From: Botryllus schlosseri
Lineage: Eukaryota
Direction of reading: 5' to 3'
Assembly: GCA_051294905.1 (NCBI GenBank)
Contig: CM119372.1
Location: forward strand, 29,762,001 to 29,826,000
DNA length: 64,000 bases
Shown here: positions 53,101 through 63,696 of the stretch, piece after piece
How the letters are laid out: every line of letters starts with the position of its first letter
Position numbering within the stretch: the first letter of the stretch is position 1
Translations under genes and position numbers: made by a program
The notes under the pieces: generated by a model
What the model was told of the DNA's origin: nothing
Databases searched by the model: none
What the model saw: the letters and a program-made list of their open reading frames with translations, nothing else

Positions 53101-56100
53101 CATCATACTAGCAATTTATACTATAAAAGTAAATAGAGAAATTGATGAAAGATGAATTACTGTGTATAGATGATGGGTTCTTAAACTTCTTTCAGCACCG
53201 ACCCATAAATTTATAGGGGGATTTGTGTGTACTCCCTCCGTGAACTAGTTCGAACAAATCATTGGCAACCTTCCCACATATAAAACACTGTGTGTTTTAG
53301 ATCCCATCGGCGTGAGTGATGAAATTATAACGAAATGAAATCTATTCTTCACTGCACGTGATCCAGTATGCTTCTTGTGGCGGCAAACAAAATACTGTGG
53401 TGTTTGCTATAATTAACGAAAATTATTACATAAACCCCCGTCATTGATGAGTGACGCCAACGGACTTTCAAAAGACAAACTTGTTCAGGATTAGCTGCAT
53501 TTTCTACACATCTTCTTGATCACCATCGTACGATTGGTAAAACGAATTTTACAAGTTTGACTTGAAAGATCCCCGATAGTTCATCACCTACTCATATCAT
53601 CCAATTTTATACTAGGCTACTAGATATTGAGGGATATGATATCTTGAGACAACGATCATGCTCCAGGCTTTCAATGGCAATTTTCAATTCAAACACAGTG
53701 TTCTAAACCTGAATCATATTCACAGAAATCCGACAATAAATATCATATTTAAATTTGTCCCGAGTCGTCAGATCTGTTTTCATATCCAAACAAACGCCTA
53801 TCTCTGTTTTATATTCCAGCCTGCTTACAGAGGAGGAATACCTGCAGCGTGGATACGACCAAGGCTCTGCCGGATACGACTTTGAAGGTAGGGGGCTGTT
53901 CACTGGCAAATCTACCGTGTCATACTTGGTTACCTTATTAAGTAAATTACTTTCAAAACATCATTAATGGTTCTGTAGATTCTCAAACGTCTTGTTCTTA
54001 CTGGTAGGTTATACTGCAGAGAAGATAAAACACTTTCCGTCTGCTGCCGTAGTATCGTTGACTATTTTAACCAAGCCTTCCCCTGTAGCGCGCTTACCTA
54101 GTTGCCTTTTCAAGCGCGGTTGCATTCCGCAGGCATCCTACGGGACAGCTACACTAGCCAAGTGGCCCCTTCGTCGGGCGTTTCCAGTCTCGGCGGTTTG
54201 GCGAAATACTTTCGCATGGACGCGATTCTCGAGAGCCCTACTGCGTGGCACCGGTGTAGGAGCTACTCTCAGCCTTCTATCGCGATATCGTCCAGCGTCG
54301 GGGCATTGCAAGATCCCGCGGTGGTGTCGCAGTTATCCCTTTCGGAGTTTCACAAAGGGCTTTTGAAGGACTTCAACACTTTGCATCCGGCTAGCTCGCC
54401 GTATTCGCCAGGTATGAGGCTTCAAAGCCCGTGTGGTTATGTGTTCTTTTAAACCAAGGGTTCATAAACTTCTATGTCTCATCACACCCTTATCAAACTC
54501 GAATATCTTCACTGCCCATGAAAAGCTTGATATCATTAATAACTTTGTAGAATACTTCTACCTTAACTGATCTTTTTATTCTGAAATACGAACTTTTGCA
54601 TGCATTGTCCAGTGAAGTAGTTTTTGGAAGTTGCGAGAATTCATAAATGAGTCCGATTGTTGTAATGTAAAGCAAATTTCTCCGATTTTATTCTTTCTTG
54701 TCATTTTTCCTGGGCTTGGCTGAGTCGCTTTTCGATCAACATCCATCAATTCAACGTATCGAGAATTCCAACATTTTCGCCCCTATCTTCCTCTTTGATG
54801 GTTTTGCCTTCAGGACAATATCGCCAACTTTGAGAACCACTGTTTAAACTGTACTGTGCCATGATTATTTTAAAAGACAACCAAAGTTTTATACGTTACT
54901 GTGGTGTTGCAGAGTTAGGATGGTATTTGCTGGAAATTTGCGGGGATCAAATCAAGTACCGTAAACCGGGGTAACTTTGGACTTAAGGGTAACTTTGGAC
55001 ACTAAGCAGTAAAAGATTTAAATGGTTATTGATGGAAAAGGGTTGCCGCTGGATGTCCAATTCTTTTTCATGAGGCAAGAGTACCACAAGTAGTCTCAAT
55101 AATAGGTGGATTCATTTCACTACCAGTTAAACGTGACCCAACATTGATAAATTAATGGCGGGGGTCAATTTCATCAAAATTGATGGCCATTAAACTTCTT
55201 ACAACCAAACATAGATAGCATGTGATTCATAGATTCAAAACTTGGCAGGACATACCTTTAAGTAGTCTTAATCCATGGCAAAATTCTCAGTGGGTTCACC
55301 CTTAGATCAATACAAGAAAATGTGATGTCCAAAGTTACCCCATCAAATTTTATCAGAACGGGGTAACTTTGGACAGTGAAAAATGTGATATTTAGAACTC
55401 TGGAAAGTGGCTGCTTCATCTGTGTCAAGTGTATCGACAACTATATTCCTTATGACCAGCCTGACGGTTTCTTAAAATGGAATGAGAAGGTTAATAAATT
55501 AAGAGTTTGCAAAAATATGAAAAAATGGGTAGTCAATGATCTGAGAGATTGTAATCGGATGTAAGCTACTACAAAAACTTATCACATACTCCTAAAGATG
55601 TGCCTGCTGAAAATGGGATATCGTAAATTACGACAAATGTATACATCAGAAGACATAGGAAAGGGAAAGTGTATCTTTTGAAGAACAGTAATGTATTTGA
55701 AATCGGCAATAAATCACGGTAACATGCTTAATGTTTGCTGTAGATTGCTGACACTGCCAATGGGATACCCCTTATCACCATACGTTATTTATAAGTCCCA
55801 ATTGGTGAAGGCATGAGGGAAAATTGAGATAAGGGATGAATAAGGGGGCATTAGCCTTCATAAACTACCTATTTTTATTTTTTTATTTTTTTGGGGGGGA
55901 GGATTAGGTAAAAATCATGCAATAGGCCAGACATATACTATTTTGTTTCAGTTTTAGCCAATGCTCTCATCAACTCTTACCAAATAAGCCTCATTTACGA
56001 GGTTTCATAAACAATAGAGTGTAAAGGCATACAAGAAAATACATTGTCCAAAGTTACCGCACATGCAGGGTAACTTTGGACACGGATAATTTACAAAAAT

Positions 56101-59100
56101 AAGGTACTTATTTATGACCATGAAGATTTTGGACTAGGTAATTCTAATCTTTGCTCCATGACCCCTGAAAAACACAAAACTTGCCTCTCCTACACCCTAG
56201 CATTTCCAAGATACAAAGCGGAATTGTTGAAAATTGTCCAAAGTTACCCCGGTTTACGGTATTTCAAGTGATTCGATTCCAAATTGAGTATCAGTCTTCC
56301 AACCGAGCCGAATATTTGAGCATATTGGGATGTACTACTTTCAATATTCAAGTATATGCAGCATACGTGGGCCTACCTTTTATGCAACCTTGAATGCTAA
56401 TATCAAATGTGTCTGTAGTTTTCTTTCGTTACGCAGGTTTAAGTAACTTGAGCAGCGAAGCTTTGGATGAGTCCGCTATGTTGGAGGCTTGGGGCAGTGA
56501 TGTCGGGCAACTGTCTCCGATGTCATTCCCGGGAAGTCAAAGTAGCTCGCCAGGTGAGGATTCGTTTGATTCTTTGCAACATGAAGCGGTAAGTAACCTC
56601 GCAGTATCTGGGCTATTTACAGGCCAAACATTGAATTATTGCAATGGCCTAATTCAAATCAGCAGAAATCTTAAATCTAAATCCGGCCAAATTCTGCAAA
56701 TTCGTGTGCTCAAATCCAAATCAGGAGATGTCTTTGCCAAGGTAGTGATGCAAAAGCAGGTTTAGGACATTTGCTTGCATCTCAAATCTTCCATATCAAA
56801 GTAGACGAACGTTTTTAGAGACATCAGTCACCATTCACCTTATTACGATTTTCTTGACGCAACGGAAGTATCGCAATATCAGGCATACATTCATTGCATG
56901 TTCAAATTCTCAATCTCAGTCTTCAATTTTTCTTAGGCTCTCCGGCTGATGTGGAAAGTGGCCCGTCGGTATGGTGCATGGTCGGTCTGCAAGACTTTAT
57001 CATTACAGGATGCGAGAACGGAAGAATTGAGGTATTTTCCAGTTTTGAATCTATAGATAGATGTGTGACAAGCAGATAACGGTGCATTTGTTCCCTATCC
57101 AGTATTCATTTCGCCTCGTGTCCAAATCCAAGTCTGGAAATTCCTGAAGTTTGTTCAAACTTGGCACAGAAATTCGAGTTTGTTAGATATGTCATTTTGA
57201 AATAAAAATCCAGCTTCAAAATTGACTGCCTTGAAAAATCAGTATGTTTATCTGAGCATGAAATGATATTTCAAGCACTTAGCTCCACATCTAGTTGTCT
57301 GCCAGCGTTGTTCCGTGTATTGTATAATTTGATTTTCATGCGTTGTCTTTGTTATGACTTTCACATAGCTACTGGTACAGATGACTTCATCTAGTGTCCC
57401 ATGTATTGCGAGATCCTATTTTGCCAAGTTGGTTTTCGTTTAGAATCTCTGTTACAATGTCGTTAACTCTTGATAAAATGTCACATGACAGGCCATTTTG
57501 AGTTGGACAAAATTACTGCGACGAAAGTGGTCGTGTAAGCAATATATCCAGTTGAGTAACATCATCCATATTGACTAAGTTTCCCTGAGGAAGTGAGTAA
57601 TGTTGTGTTTCTGGGCATCATGCTGCTGTTGGAAATCCACAGCCGATGCCCATTATTTCCGGATAGAAGTCAATGTCCATTTCGCATACAGATTTGAAAG
57701 ACTTCGATTCTGAGCATGGATTATAATTGAAAATATAATCAAAGTTATAAATTTCGATTGTGTTTTAGGTATACTTGGATTTTCACTCTTTGTAAATAGT
57801 CATGCCGAAACTGTGACTGTAAAATACTAAAGCCGAGTCCAATTGAAATTTGCGAATCTGGTTTTTATTCGATCCGAATCTTTCCTCGAGCGGAGGTCAG
57901 TGTTGGGAACCCGAGTCAAACTAATGGTACAAATCATGCTACATCCATGTTAATCTCTCTTTCCTTCATATTGAGGTAAATCGTAATACCATCAAAATCC
58001 AGGTTGTATCCACTAGCTCAGTTCATTCTTGATCAAAATCCATGGCTGACTTTCGACGAGGTCGGCAACTGACGAGGATCACGTTCTCTTGTCCGTAGGT
58101 TTGGGACGGCAAGTCCGGAGTTCTGAAATGCGCCCACGACGTGGGCAAGGAAGGCGTCGTCGGGCTGGTGGCGGAAGAGAAGAAAATTGTGGCCGCCCGC
58201 GTCAACGGTAGCTTGGACTTCTTCGAAATGGAGGCCACGTCATTCCATTCGAACACAGTGCAGTACAGAGGTGCGTACGCAGTATAAACTTCAGTGTCGT
58301 GTCTAGATCCAAATTCTGCTCAAGGCAGACCATATATGGCTCCTTTCCTTTGATAATAATTTTCTAATTCTACCGCAGCCTTGCCTTGATGTTTGCCATG
58401 AAGGATGTTGAGAATTTTGACGCAAAGAAGAAAACAAACAAACAAATGAAAAAATGGTCATTGCCGTCTTGTTGTCTTATTATTTGACATGACTTATTGT
58501 ATTATGCCATAATTGAATTTATAAATATAATGGTTGTTTTGGTAGAATGTACCTAATTGCAGATTCGTGTAGTCTGTCTTTGTGGGAAGAGCAGAGTTCT
58601 ATTTGCCAACAATTACGATATCAAAGCTCAGTATGATTCCAGAGTCATCTTATTTTGCCAAATCACAATACCCATTGATGATGCCACAATATGGAGATTT
58701 GGAACAGGCCTCGGTATGCAAAGCTAAAAAAATGCCGGGTTGCTGTCCTGTTTGCAACCAAAACCTTGCACATCTCCACTGTGTTGTGCTTGCTGGATGA
58801 TATCGGTAATTCACGCTACGTTCTGTTTAGGTCCCGTCCGAACGAGACACGTTTCCAATTGCATCGAAGACGTCTCGTCGGGTGACGTACTCACCCTTCA
58901 GTTAATAAACACTGTTAAAAGCGCGCACCAACAACCAATCACAGCATTCAAGGTGAGCTTGAGCATACAGCATAATCCTTATATGGAAAGAGTGAATGCG
59001 CTAATCTCCAAATATTTATCTTCCTCTCGTTTAGATGGCGATTGGGAGAGTTGTAACGGGCAGTTTCGATCATACGCTGAAAGTCTTCACGATTCAAGAC

Positions 59101-62100
59101 GCCCACTGCCTCTTCACACTCTACGGACACAAAGCACCGGTGTCCGCTCTGTTTTTAAACCGGGTACGGCCTGTAAGAATGTATCATATCATCATAGAGA
59201 TGTTACTAAGTATATTTTGAGTCAATGAAGTTTTGGTTCATATGCTACACAATATCAGCGCTGTGTACTTAATTAAATTGTTTTTGTCTGCTGCACGCTG
59301 TCAAGAATGGAATCCGTTTCCTGTTTCTTTCGTTTAGTGTTGCTCTCTCTTATTTCATGTTTGTTTCATTGCTTGTTTCACTTTCCTACTTGAATGACGG
59401 AAGAAATTTGATGATATCGCATTCAAATTTAGAAGACCCCAGTCAATTTTATCTAATGTCAGTTTGGGCGTTGAAAAAGGATCTTAGTTCACGACTTGAA
59501 TGTTTTTCAGCACCGCCTCCTGTGTATCATGACTGACAAAATAAATTCTCTTTCTCTCTGTCTGTCTCAATGTTGAAACTGTGTCTTTTTCGTAACCGGG
59601 TTTTCTGTTTTGTTGCAGAGTCCAATAGCGTGGGCTGCCAGCGGCTCGTCGGACGGCACGATACGACTTTGGGACTTGCTTTCCGGGAGATGTCTTCACA
59701 TGCTGGATGATCACAAAGGTTGGATGAATTCGTTTATGAGTCTAAATTTCTGAAGTAGCCACGGCTACTAAAAGTTTGCGACGTATCACCCAAATCTACT
59801 CTTTGGAATTACTTACACTTTTTAGATCTTTATTTCCTACTTCGGCTGGTAAATGAGTAGAAACTTTAAGCACATCTGTGTGTCGGCAGAAAATCTCTGC
59901 AAAATATGTTATACGACAATGTTTTCGGTATATTTTGATGTCAGTAGGTTCTAATTTTAACTTCACCGGAGGAAGCATTGCAAGTAGAGTGATCAAAGCT
60001 AATGTTGAAGTACTCGGCAACGGTCTGTATCTCTGTAACAGCCATATCCCACAAGCAAACCTCTGTATGTGCATTACACGTCTCGAATTCTAATTGAAAG
60101 TGTATTGTATCGGCTTGTGGTTATTTTACAGCTGAGGTCACCTCGATACAATGCACGGATACACACATAGTTTCAATTGCACAAGACGATCAGTTATGTA
60201 TTTGGACGCGGGCAGGCGTCCTGCTTCACGTCCGGTGTTTGGTGAGTGTCTGTCATGTCTTTCCTTGAACAGTAACGTCAAGTCTGATTTTGCTTTTTTG
60301 TAGGATCCCGGTTGTTCGGTGGACATGTGTCTGTTGGGAAATTCCTGGTGCGTCACCGGCGGTTCCGGGCATGTTATGCTGTGGGACTTGAGGTAATGTA
60401 TCTTTTATTAGCTTAGTAGGTCTACTTGCACTGTAGCAGAGATGAGAATAGATTTTTAATTTTATTTATACATTGAATTTGTGAATATTGTGGAATGTTT
60501 ATTCGCGTTCCTAAAACAATTCAAGCTACTATCGTATATCGACTTGAGTTTGAGCATAATACAAAATGAATTCAGGATTTCTATTTGCATTGGAACTCAT
60601 GTGCACACAACAGAATTTAGATAACTGAGTCATAATATCTACGACACCAACTCTGCGGTTAGCGAATGTGTCCAAATTTATAGTCTAACCCCCAAAATCT
60701 GAAACTGGTGACCGTGATTTCGATTCCCAGGTCGTGATCACAGACGCGCGATATCGCAGAGCAGTAATAGGCAACACGAGGCCCGCAGAAAAAATTATTC
60801 AGCTCGCGAAACTTTTAGTTTAGTTACGTCTGAGATATCCCATTCGGGACTTCTGAGCTGTCACAAACTGCATTGAAGAGTAAGCAATTTCTATGTCTGT
60901 GGGAGTCACTAATAATGGACTTGGCAGGCTATGTGGTGGCTCACATAAGAAGCTTGCGTGTACATGCATAGGCTCAGCTGTAGGGTTTGTACAACAATAT
61001 AACATGGACTAAGGGCCCCGAAATGGTGCAATGTGCAAATTGCGGTACGTGTATACTGTCGTCAAACTTGATTGGGATGAATTTTTGTGAAATGCCATAT
61101 TGATAATACTGCTCACGGTTGTGATGTAGGCCAGCTTAATAAAATTGCATGCAATACCGTCATCCTTTCTATTGATGAATTGTTTCAAATTATTATTATT
61201 ATCTATCGTTGTGCATACAACTACAAGAGCTGACCAGTGAATTCGGCAATTGGTCAATTTGGCATTAGTAATGTGATAACTATTATTATAATGAAAGCGA
61301 TGCATAAATATTGAATTGATAAATTCGAAAATGAATGTTTCACCAAATAAGCCGGTAAATTGTGATATAAGCCTATGATGGCACTTGGTATGTATGTATT
61401 AATAGCTTCTGGTTCTAAGGAGTAAGGGCTAGGGTACAGGTTAGGATTAGGCCGGGGTAGGTTGGGATTAGCAATATGAGGCTGCCCATTGCCGAATTCA
61501 CTACAAGAAAACTATGTCCCAAATTTGCGGCCCGCAGTCACATTCAGTTTTTTTTCGCCTGCCGGTAGAAAGGTCGTGATTTTGAGCTGATATCGTTATA
61601 GCTGATATATTTCGTAGATTGGTCAGATACATGAACTGTGTCAACTAGAATTTCTAATTGTTGGCAGATATTTGAAAAAATCAACTTATACTAACTGCAT
61701 TTATTTGCAATCACTACTAGTTGCTGACGAGTGTCAGTCTAAAATAATCGGGTTTATATCATTATGAATTTATTCAAGTGGATAGAGACGGGTGTGCAAC
61801 TGATATGTGAAGAACACTTTTCGTGAAGGCTTACTTCCTATCTAGAGTTACGGGCACGGTAAAGTAAATATACAAGTTGAATTCGTAGTGAAATGGCTAA
61901 TTATGACGCAACAATGTCGGGTTACGAAATAACATCAATGTAGTCGTTATAGATCAGTAGAGCATTACCAACAATGCGCTTCATTGAAGATTGCAGTTAC
62001 CGGTAGACGAAAACTCGCATGAGCATTCCCCTGAAACTAGATGTACTCCGTTATCTGTTATAAATCACCGCCGCTTTTTCTTACTAGGAACGGCGAGCTG

Positions 62101-62250
62101 GTGCGTAGGATCAAACTGTCCGAAGACACATCGGGACTGACTTCGCGGGTCACCAAACTGGTGCCTGTCGCAAATTTAGCAGTCGCTTGCGACACGGGCA
62201 AGGCACTGCAAATCGTCAGTTTCCCTTCGGTGTTGGAGAAAGTCGATTGA
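14162..62250 (+). CDS. SCAP: Sterol regulatory element-binding protein cleavage-activating protein (sterol-sensing domain, TM region, WD40 repeats); 28 coding exons
   Basis: In-phase GT-AG exons: 14162-14280, 15032-15164, 17496-17653, 18287-18507, 29092-29206, 36069-36295, 38752-38878, 38935-39145, 40726-40964, 44154-44310, 45624-45782, 46307-46437, 47673-47785, 48720-48985, 50822-50931, 51840-51961, 52770-52998, 53820-53887, 54133-54411, 56437-56553, 56937-57031, 58099-58270, 58831-58952, 59035-59163, 59619-59718, 60132-60241, 60304-60392, 62088-62250. SCAP hallmarks: [76 protein letters not shown]40 repeats, C-terminal PSVLEKVD. Confidence 0.96.
15750..17213. mobile_element. Non-autonomous hAT element in SCAP intron 2
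   Basis: TIRs CAGTGGCGTAG / CTACGCCCCTG; perfect TSD CTCGACCG. Sits within remnants of an older AGTAGAAGTA-type element (about 15470-17412). Confidence 0.88.
19997..21307. mobile_element. hAT (Charlie/Buster-type) MITE containing a nested MITE
   Basis: TIRs CAGGGGTTCTCAACC / GGTTGAGAACCGCTG; TSD GTCTAATG / GTCTTATG. Confidence 0.85.
20651..21192. mobile_element. Nested hAT MITE
   Basis: TIRs CAGGGGTGGGCA / TGCCCACCTCTG; perfect TSD TATTAGAT. Confidence 0.88.
23307..23536 (-). repeat. 3' LTR
   Basis: Direct repeat of 27830-28059, preceded on the minus strand by the polypurine tract AAAAGGGGGGAG (23551-23540). Confidence 0.93.
23776..25272 (-). CDS. Gypsy pol C-terminal part: RNase H end plus integrase (HHCC, DDE)
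   Basis: TDHKPL and NPADYLSR (RNase H/connection); HQGGHPG..CQVC; IDLFGP..TDNGPPF..PVETF. The same frame continues past the stop into 23772-23569. Confidence 0.88.
   Translation of the reverse strand: MAIDFGLQRFRNYIAGGPEVTILTDHKPLLGIFGSSRKGSIRTDRIKMRHQDIPYKVVWKKGSVNPADYLSRHAESIESAPRSWLREANELERTVYLLQHAPYTESVVMDRVIEETKSDKTLARLRKCIRKGYIPKKDSSLDMFRKFIDQITLSNGLMLKQDKIILPKALWEVAIDKAHQGGHPGLTNLKRRIRSHFWIPELNKLAEDKIKACQVCQQFTHAGTKQPQKVILPPTKPWHEVSIDLFGPMPDNRHAVVVQDISTRFPDVKIVKSTSAKHVIPAIANTNNQFGQPDAHRTDNGPPFNSKDFADFSQQRGIRHKKSYPHHPQANPVETFMKPLGKAMKIAHAQHQDKDRALQDLLAGYRSTPHISTGQAPGDLMLRGGYQRHFPRKILSDQELQAALERDLQMKISRQNSINASNKRQDRELSIGQEVLLRNFGRTKFEPIYGPEIYKITKLHADGAEVLRLSDGKKFIRHLNDIKLHFGDIVTSNQTAKV
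25278..27758 (-). CDS. Gypsy gag-protease-reverse transcriptase-RNase H (N-terminal part) polyprotein
   Basis: Probable ATG at 27758 (MADHDP); zinc knuckle CFICGEKGH; protease ADTGA; RT motifs [13 protein letters not shown] and IHDD; RNase H VDA. Confidence 0.9.
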   Translation of the reverse strand: MADHDPSASLPRFDPEQHRSNVYEAFCEFVRTFHYEFDAIAKEPPASEADKEMWLQLHKSRIFLGRYCHRNFQRDFEDTVAENDRAKLTFKELVDRMKTRYEPTRNYTLANYQFHRISQEHGESFDRFVHRLRHEAKSCQFKCGNQDCKVSDIMVRDQIIVGTSMDEIRANALKNQWNLKELIENGRRIEAASYSLKRLNDQSETECTSDVARVRPKKYSSRHQKKKSWRDQCETCSSKTCEGSKTCIARKHSCFICGEKGHFKGSSACRNIPQAKTNRIESDSESTHSEQSTASSDSGKSRKSKTVDRWKRVRKINRPEGRKHRKVRKVSKPRYQVKIVIAGKRIKAFADTGAEMNVISAKKAKKLKLRYRPTNTSLKPYGSKIIKCVGCYEGFVTFNNVSHSTRFYIVPGRVETLLSGKLSEKLGIIIFNGARDESLSSKIRRVAAVDKYKAEVMAKYPAIFQGVGTLKNHEVKFYVDDEVPPVAQASRPIPFHLQHNFQKLISELENEGIIEDHVGPAPWVSNPVLTPKDDGGLRMTIDLREVNRAIKATNIPIPRVEEIKAKLSGNSVFSKLDFKSAFHQLLLDEESRALTVFHAGHRLMRYRKLTMGAKPASGELTRALMPLFANVSGAYVIHDDVIIAGKSGEEHDKALDTVLKRISEAGMTLNPNKCILKKSEIPFWGMVVSRHGVKPDPGKISALDNASRPRSKDEVMSFLCFIQSFGDFIPHLSRRTQRLRELTRENQRFRWSEACQKEFNSLKKALSVDTSLRFFDIEAKTFIFVDAHVSGISAILAQGDNPENAQVVAFASRSTRPKRHATLNWT
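27817..27828 (-). other. Primer-binding site, tRNA-Ser(GCU) type
   Basis: TGGCGACGAGGA one base after the 5' LTR, complementary to the ..TCCTCGTCGCCA 3' end of metazoan tRNA-Ser(GCU). Confidence 0.8.
27830..28059 (-). repeat. 5' LTR
   Basis: Direct repeat of 23307-23536, followed by the PBS. Confidence 0.93.
29384..30679 (+). mobile_element. TA-targeting pogo/Tigger-like non-autonomous element, copy 1 (CC...GG termini)
   Basis: TIR CCGTAAACCGGGGTAACTTTGGAC; TA TSD; internal GGGTAACTTTGGAC repeats; highly similar inverted copy at 54959-56259. Strand is relative only. Confidence 0.92.
31904..33526. mobile_element. Nested hAT-like element (CAGGGCCGTAACAGC-type TIR)
   Basis: Ends AAGCACCGTAACTGC / GCTGTTACGGCCCTG; TSD GTTGTAAC / GCTGTAAC. 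Confidence 0.7.
32503..33310 (+). repeat. About 325-335 bp tandem repeat, roughly 2.4 copies
   Basis: CGCCCGAAGATGTTTAAT recurs at about 32503, 32827 and 33162; the ORF track shows duplicated 69/68-aa spurious ORFs. Confidence 0.9.
35072..35202. repeat. Imperfect inverted repeat (about 50-bp arms), probable MITE relic
   Basis: AAAGAACATTG..TATCACCAAATATGAAGTCACCTG versus CAGGTGATGTCATATTTGGTGATA..CAATGTTCTTT. Confidence 0.65.
36539..38124 (+). mobile_element. Internally deleted hAT (Buster/SPIN, GTF2IRD2-like) transposon
   Basis: TIRs CAAGGGTCGGCAACC / GGTTGCCGACCCCTG; perfect TSD AGTTAGGC; transposase remnants inside. Confidence 0.92.
36996..37945 (+). pseudogene. Decayed hAT transposase
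   Basis: Frame-broken fragments [31 protein letters not shown] (RWLSR-like), [31 protein letters not shown] (hAT dimerisation domain). Confidence 0.82.
40073..40590. mobile_element. hAT-like MITE with many CGAGTC subterminal repeats
   Basis: Ends AGGGTTGTAA / TTACAACCCTG; more than 10 (C)GAGTC motifs; no clean TSD. Confidence 0.6.
42908..42984 (+). repeat. Short tandem duplication (about 36-42 bp, 2 copies)
   Basis: CACACAATGTGGTG..TGATACACGAGACCCAGTGA appears twice. Confidence 0.8.
51222..51628. mobile_element. MITE-like element with long imperfect terminal inverted repeats
   Basis: GCTTTCAG..CATTCATTGCAG..CCCCTTATCAAGAGTT versus AACTCTTGATAAGGGG..CTGCAATGAATG..CTGAAAGC. Confidence 0.65.
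54455..54842. mobile_element. Degenerate hAT MITE
   Basis: Ends CAAGGGTTCATAAAC / TTTGAGAACCACTG; TTTAAAC on both flanks. Confidence 0.5.
54959..56259 (-). mobile_element. TA-targeting pogo/Tigger-like non-autonomous element, copy 2 (inverted relative to copy 1)
   Basis: Same TIR CCGTAAACCGGGGTAACTTTGGAC and TA TSD; colinear reverse complement of 29384-30679. Confidence 0.92.
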
Positions 62251-63176
62251 GTAAATGGAATTCCTTGTTAAGCTTTTTGGTATTTACGTACGGGTCCCCG
62301 TTGTTATTTATTCGAAATTTCCTACTTTATTTTTGCTGCTTGTTATATGCAACTTTGTGTATTAAAATGAATTTCGTAATTGTCTGTGTTTTGACGGCAC
62401 CGGTTTGAGGCCGCCAGGGTTTGCGAGGAAAGTCTTACAACGATGCCAATAAGGATTCCTGGCATATGGCCATATAGTTTCGTTTCTGACATAATTGACA
62501 AAACTTCTCAGGTTGAATTCACGTCCGTGCAGTATACACGCGCACGCACATCCTGGTCTGCTGATCAGGCTTCGCTGATACCGTGCGTGGAAGTTGTTAG
62601 GATTCAGCAGTCAATTTGTGAATGAAACAATTGCCCATGCTATGAGACTACAATATTCCTGCTCTGTGATGTGGCTGTAAACGAGTAGACCCAAAGCTCT
62701 TCATGCCGCGATATCAGCCATTCTTGCTGAAGTCGAATATAAAAATCGTCCACCATCGATATTGCTGATCAGTACTGTCCAACCTTCACGTTCGATACCT
62801 AAAGTTTTGAATGTAGTTTTGACCTGCCTATGGTGCATTTCCTCATGATTACCGGCCACGCTCTTCGTTGGCGGCGACTTCGAAGCGAAGCTAGCAAGTA
62901 CTAACTTACTACCGAAAAATCTGCTAAAAAATCAGTTGTTCCGAATGAAGATTCGAAGTAGACGAACTTATGCTATACGCGTAAGTCACATCCTATGCCT
63001 GGGCTCGCATATTTACTTGGCGACTGAGTACGGAATTATATCATCACTCCGATTCAGAAGATTGTGCCAAAGAAAGAGAGTAACGAAGCTTGTTCCAGCA
63101 CCCAGCATTATTTGAAAATTCAGGGACTCTTTTATATACCCAATCCGAGTTATCGAATATTCTTTTCTCTCTTCAG

Positions 63177-63530
63177 GGGAGATAGCGTGTAGTGGTGACT
63201 TTAATCGCGCCCGCCGCCCGGGCAGCCGGGCTACGATTCCGCGACGAAGGTCATTATGGGCCCCCCTTCCCCTGCGTCACTGTTCTTGCAGCTATAAAAA
63301 AAAAAGCAGAACAGACCCGATGAAAGAGCTTGCTTACAAGAAATGGAAAGAGCAACAAAGAACCGCGGAATGGAGACAAACACCGAAGAAAGAAGTGCGA
63401 CATCGATCAGGCCGAGGTGGATGGCAGTTTAAGAGACCGCAATTGCAACTAGTCGTTCGGCATCCTCCTACCTGTTTATTACATCGTATTGTACATTGTG
63501 TGTGTCTTGTTCAGATAAAGATATTTTCTG
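63177..63530 (+). mobile_element. tRNA-derived SINE-like element / putative Pol III unit, copy 2
   Basis: Head GGGAGATAGCGTGTAGTGGTGA ... CGGGCTACGATTCCGCGACGAAGG. Shares ACAAG.AATGGAAAGA, AGGCCGAGGTGGATG and ATTGTACATTGTGTGTG.CTTGTTCAGAT with the minus strand of 4425-4100. Confidence 0.6.
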
Positions 63531-63696
63531 ACGATTATGTTCTTATCTGGATATTCTATGTCGAATTCATCCGCACTAGCGCGGCGTGTATATAGCTTGT
63601 GCAGTAGCATGTACCGACGCCACTAACTTTCGCGACAAAGAGAGTTTAATTGAGGTTGACAGAAATAAAAGGAAATCCCAGAAAAAATTATTTGAT

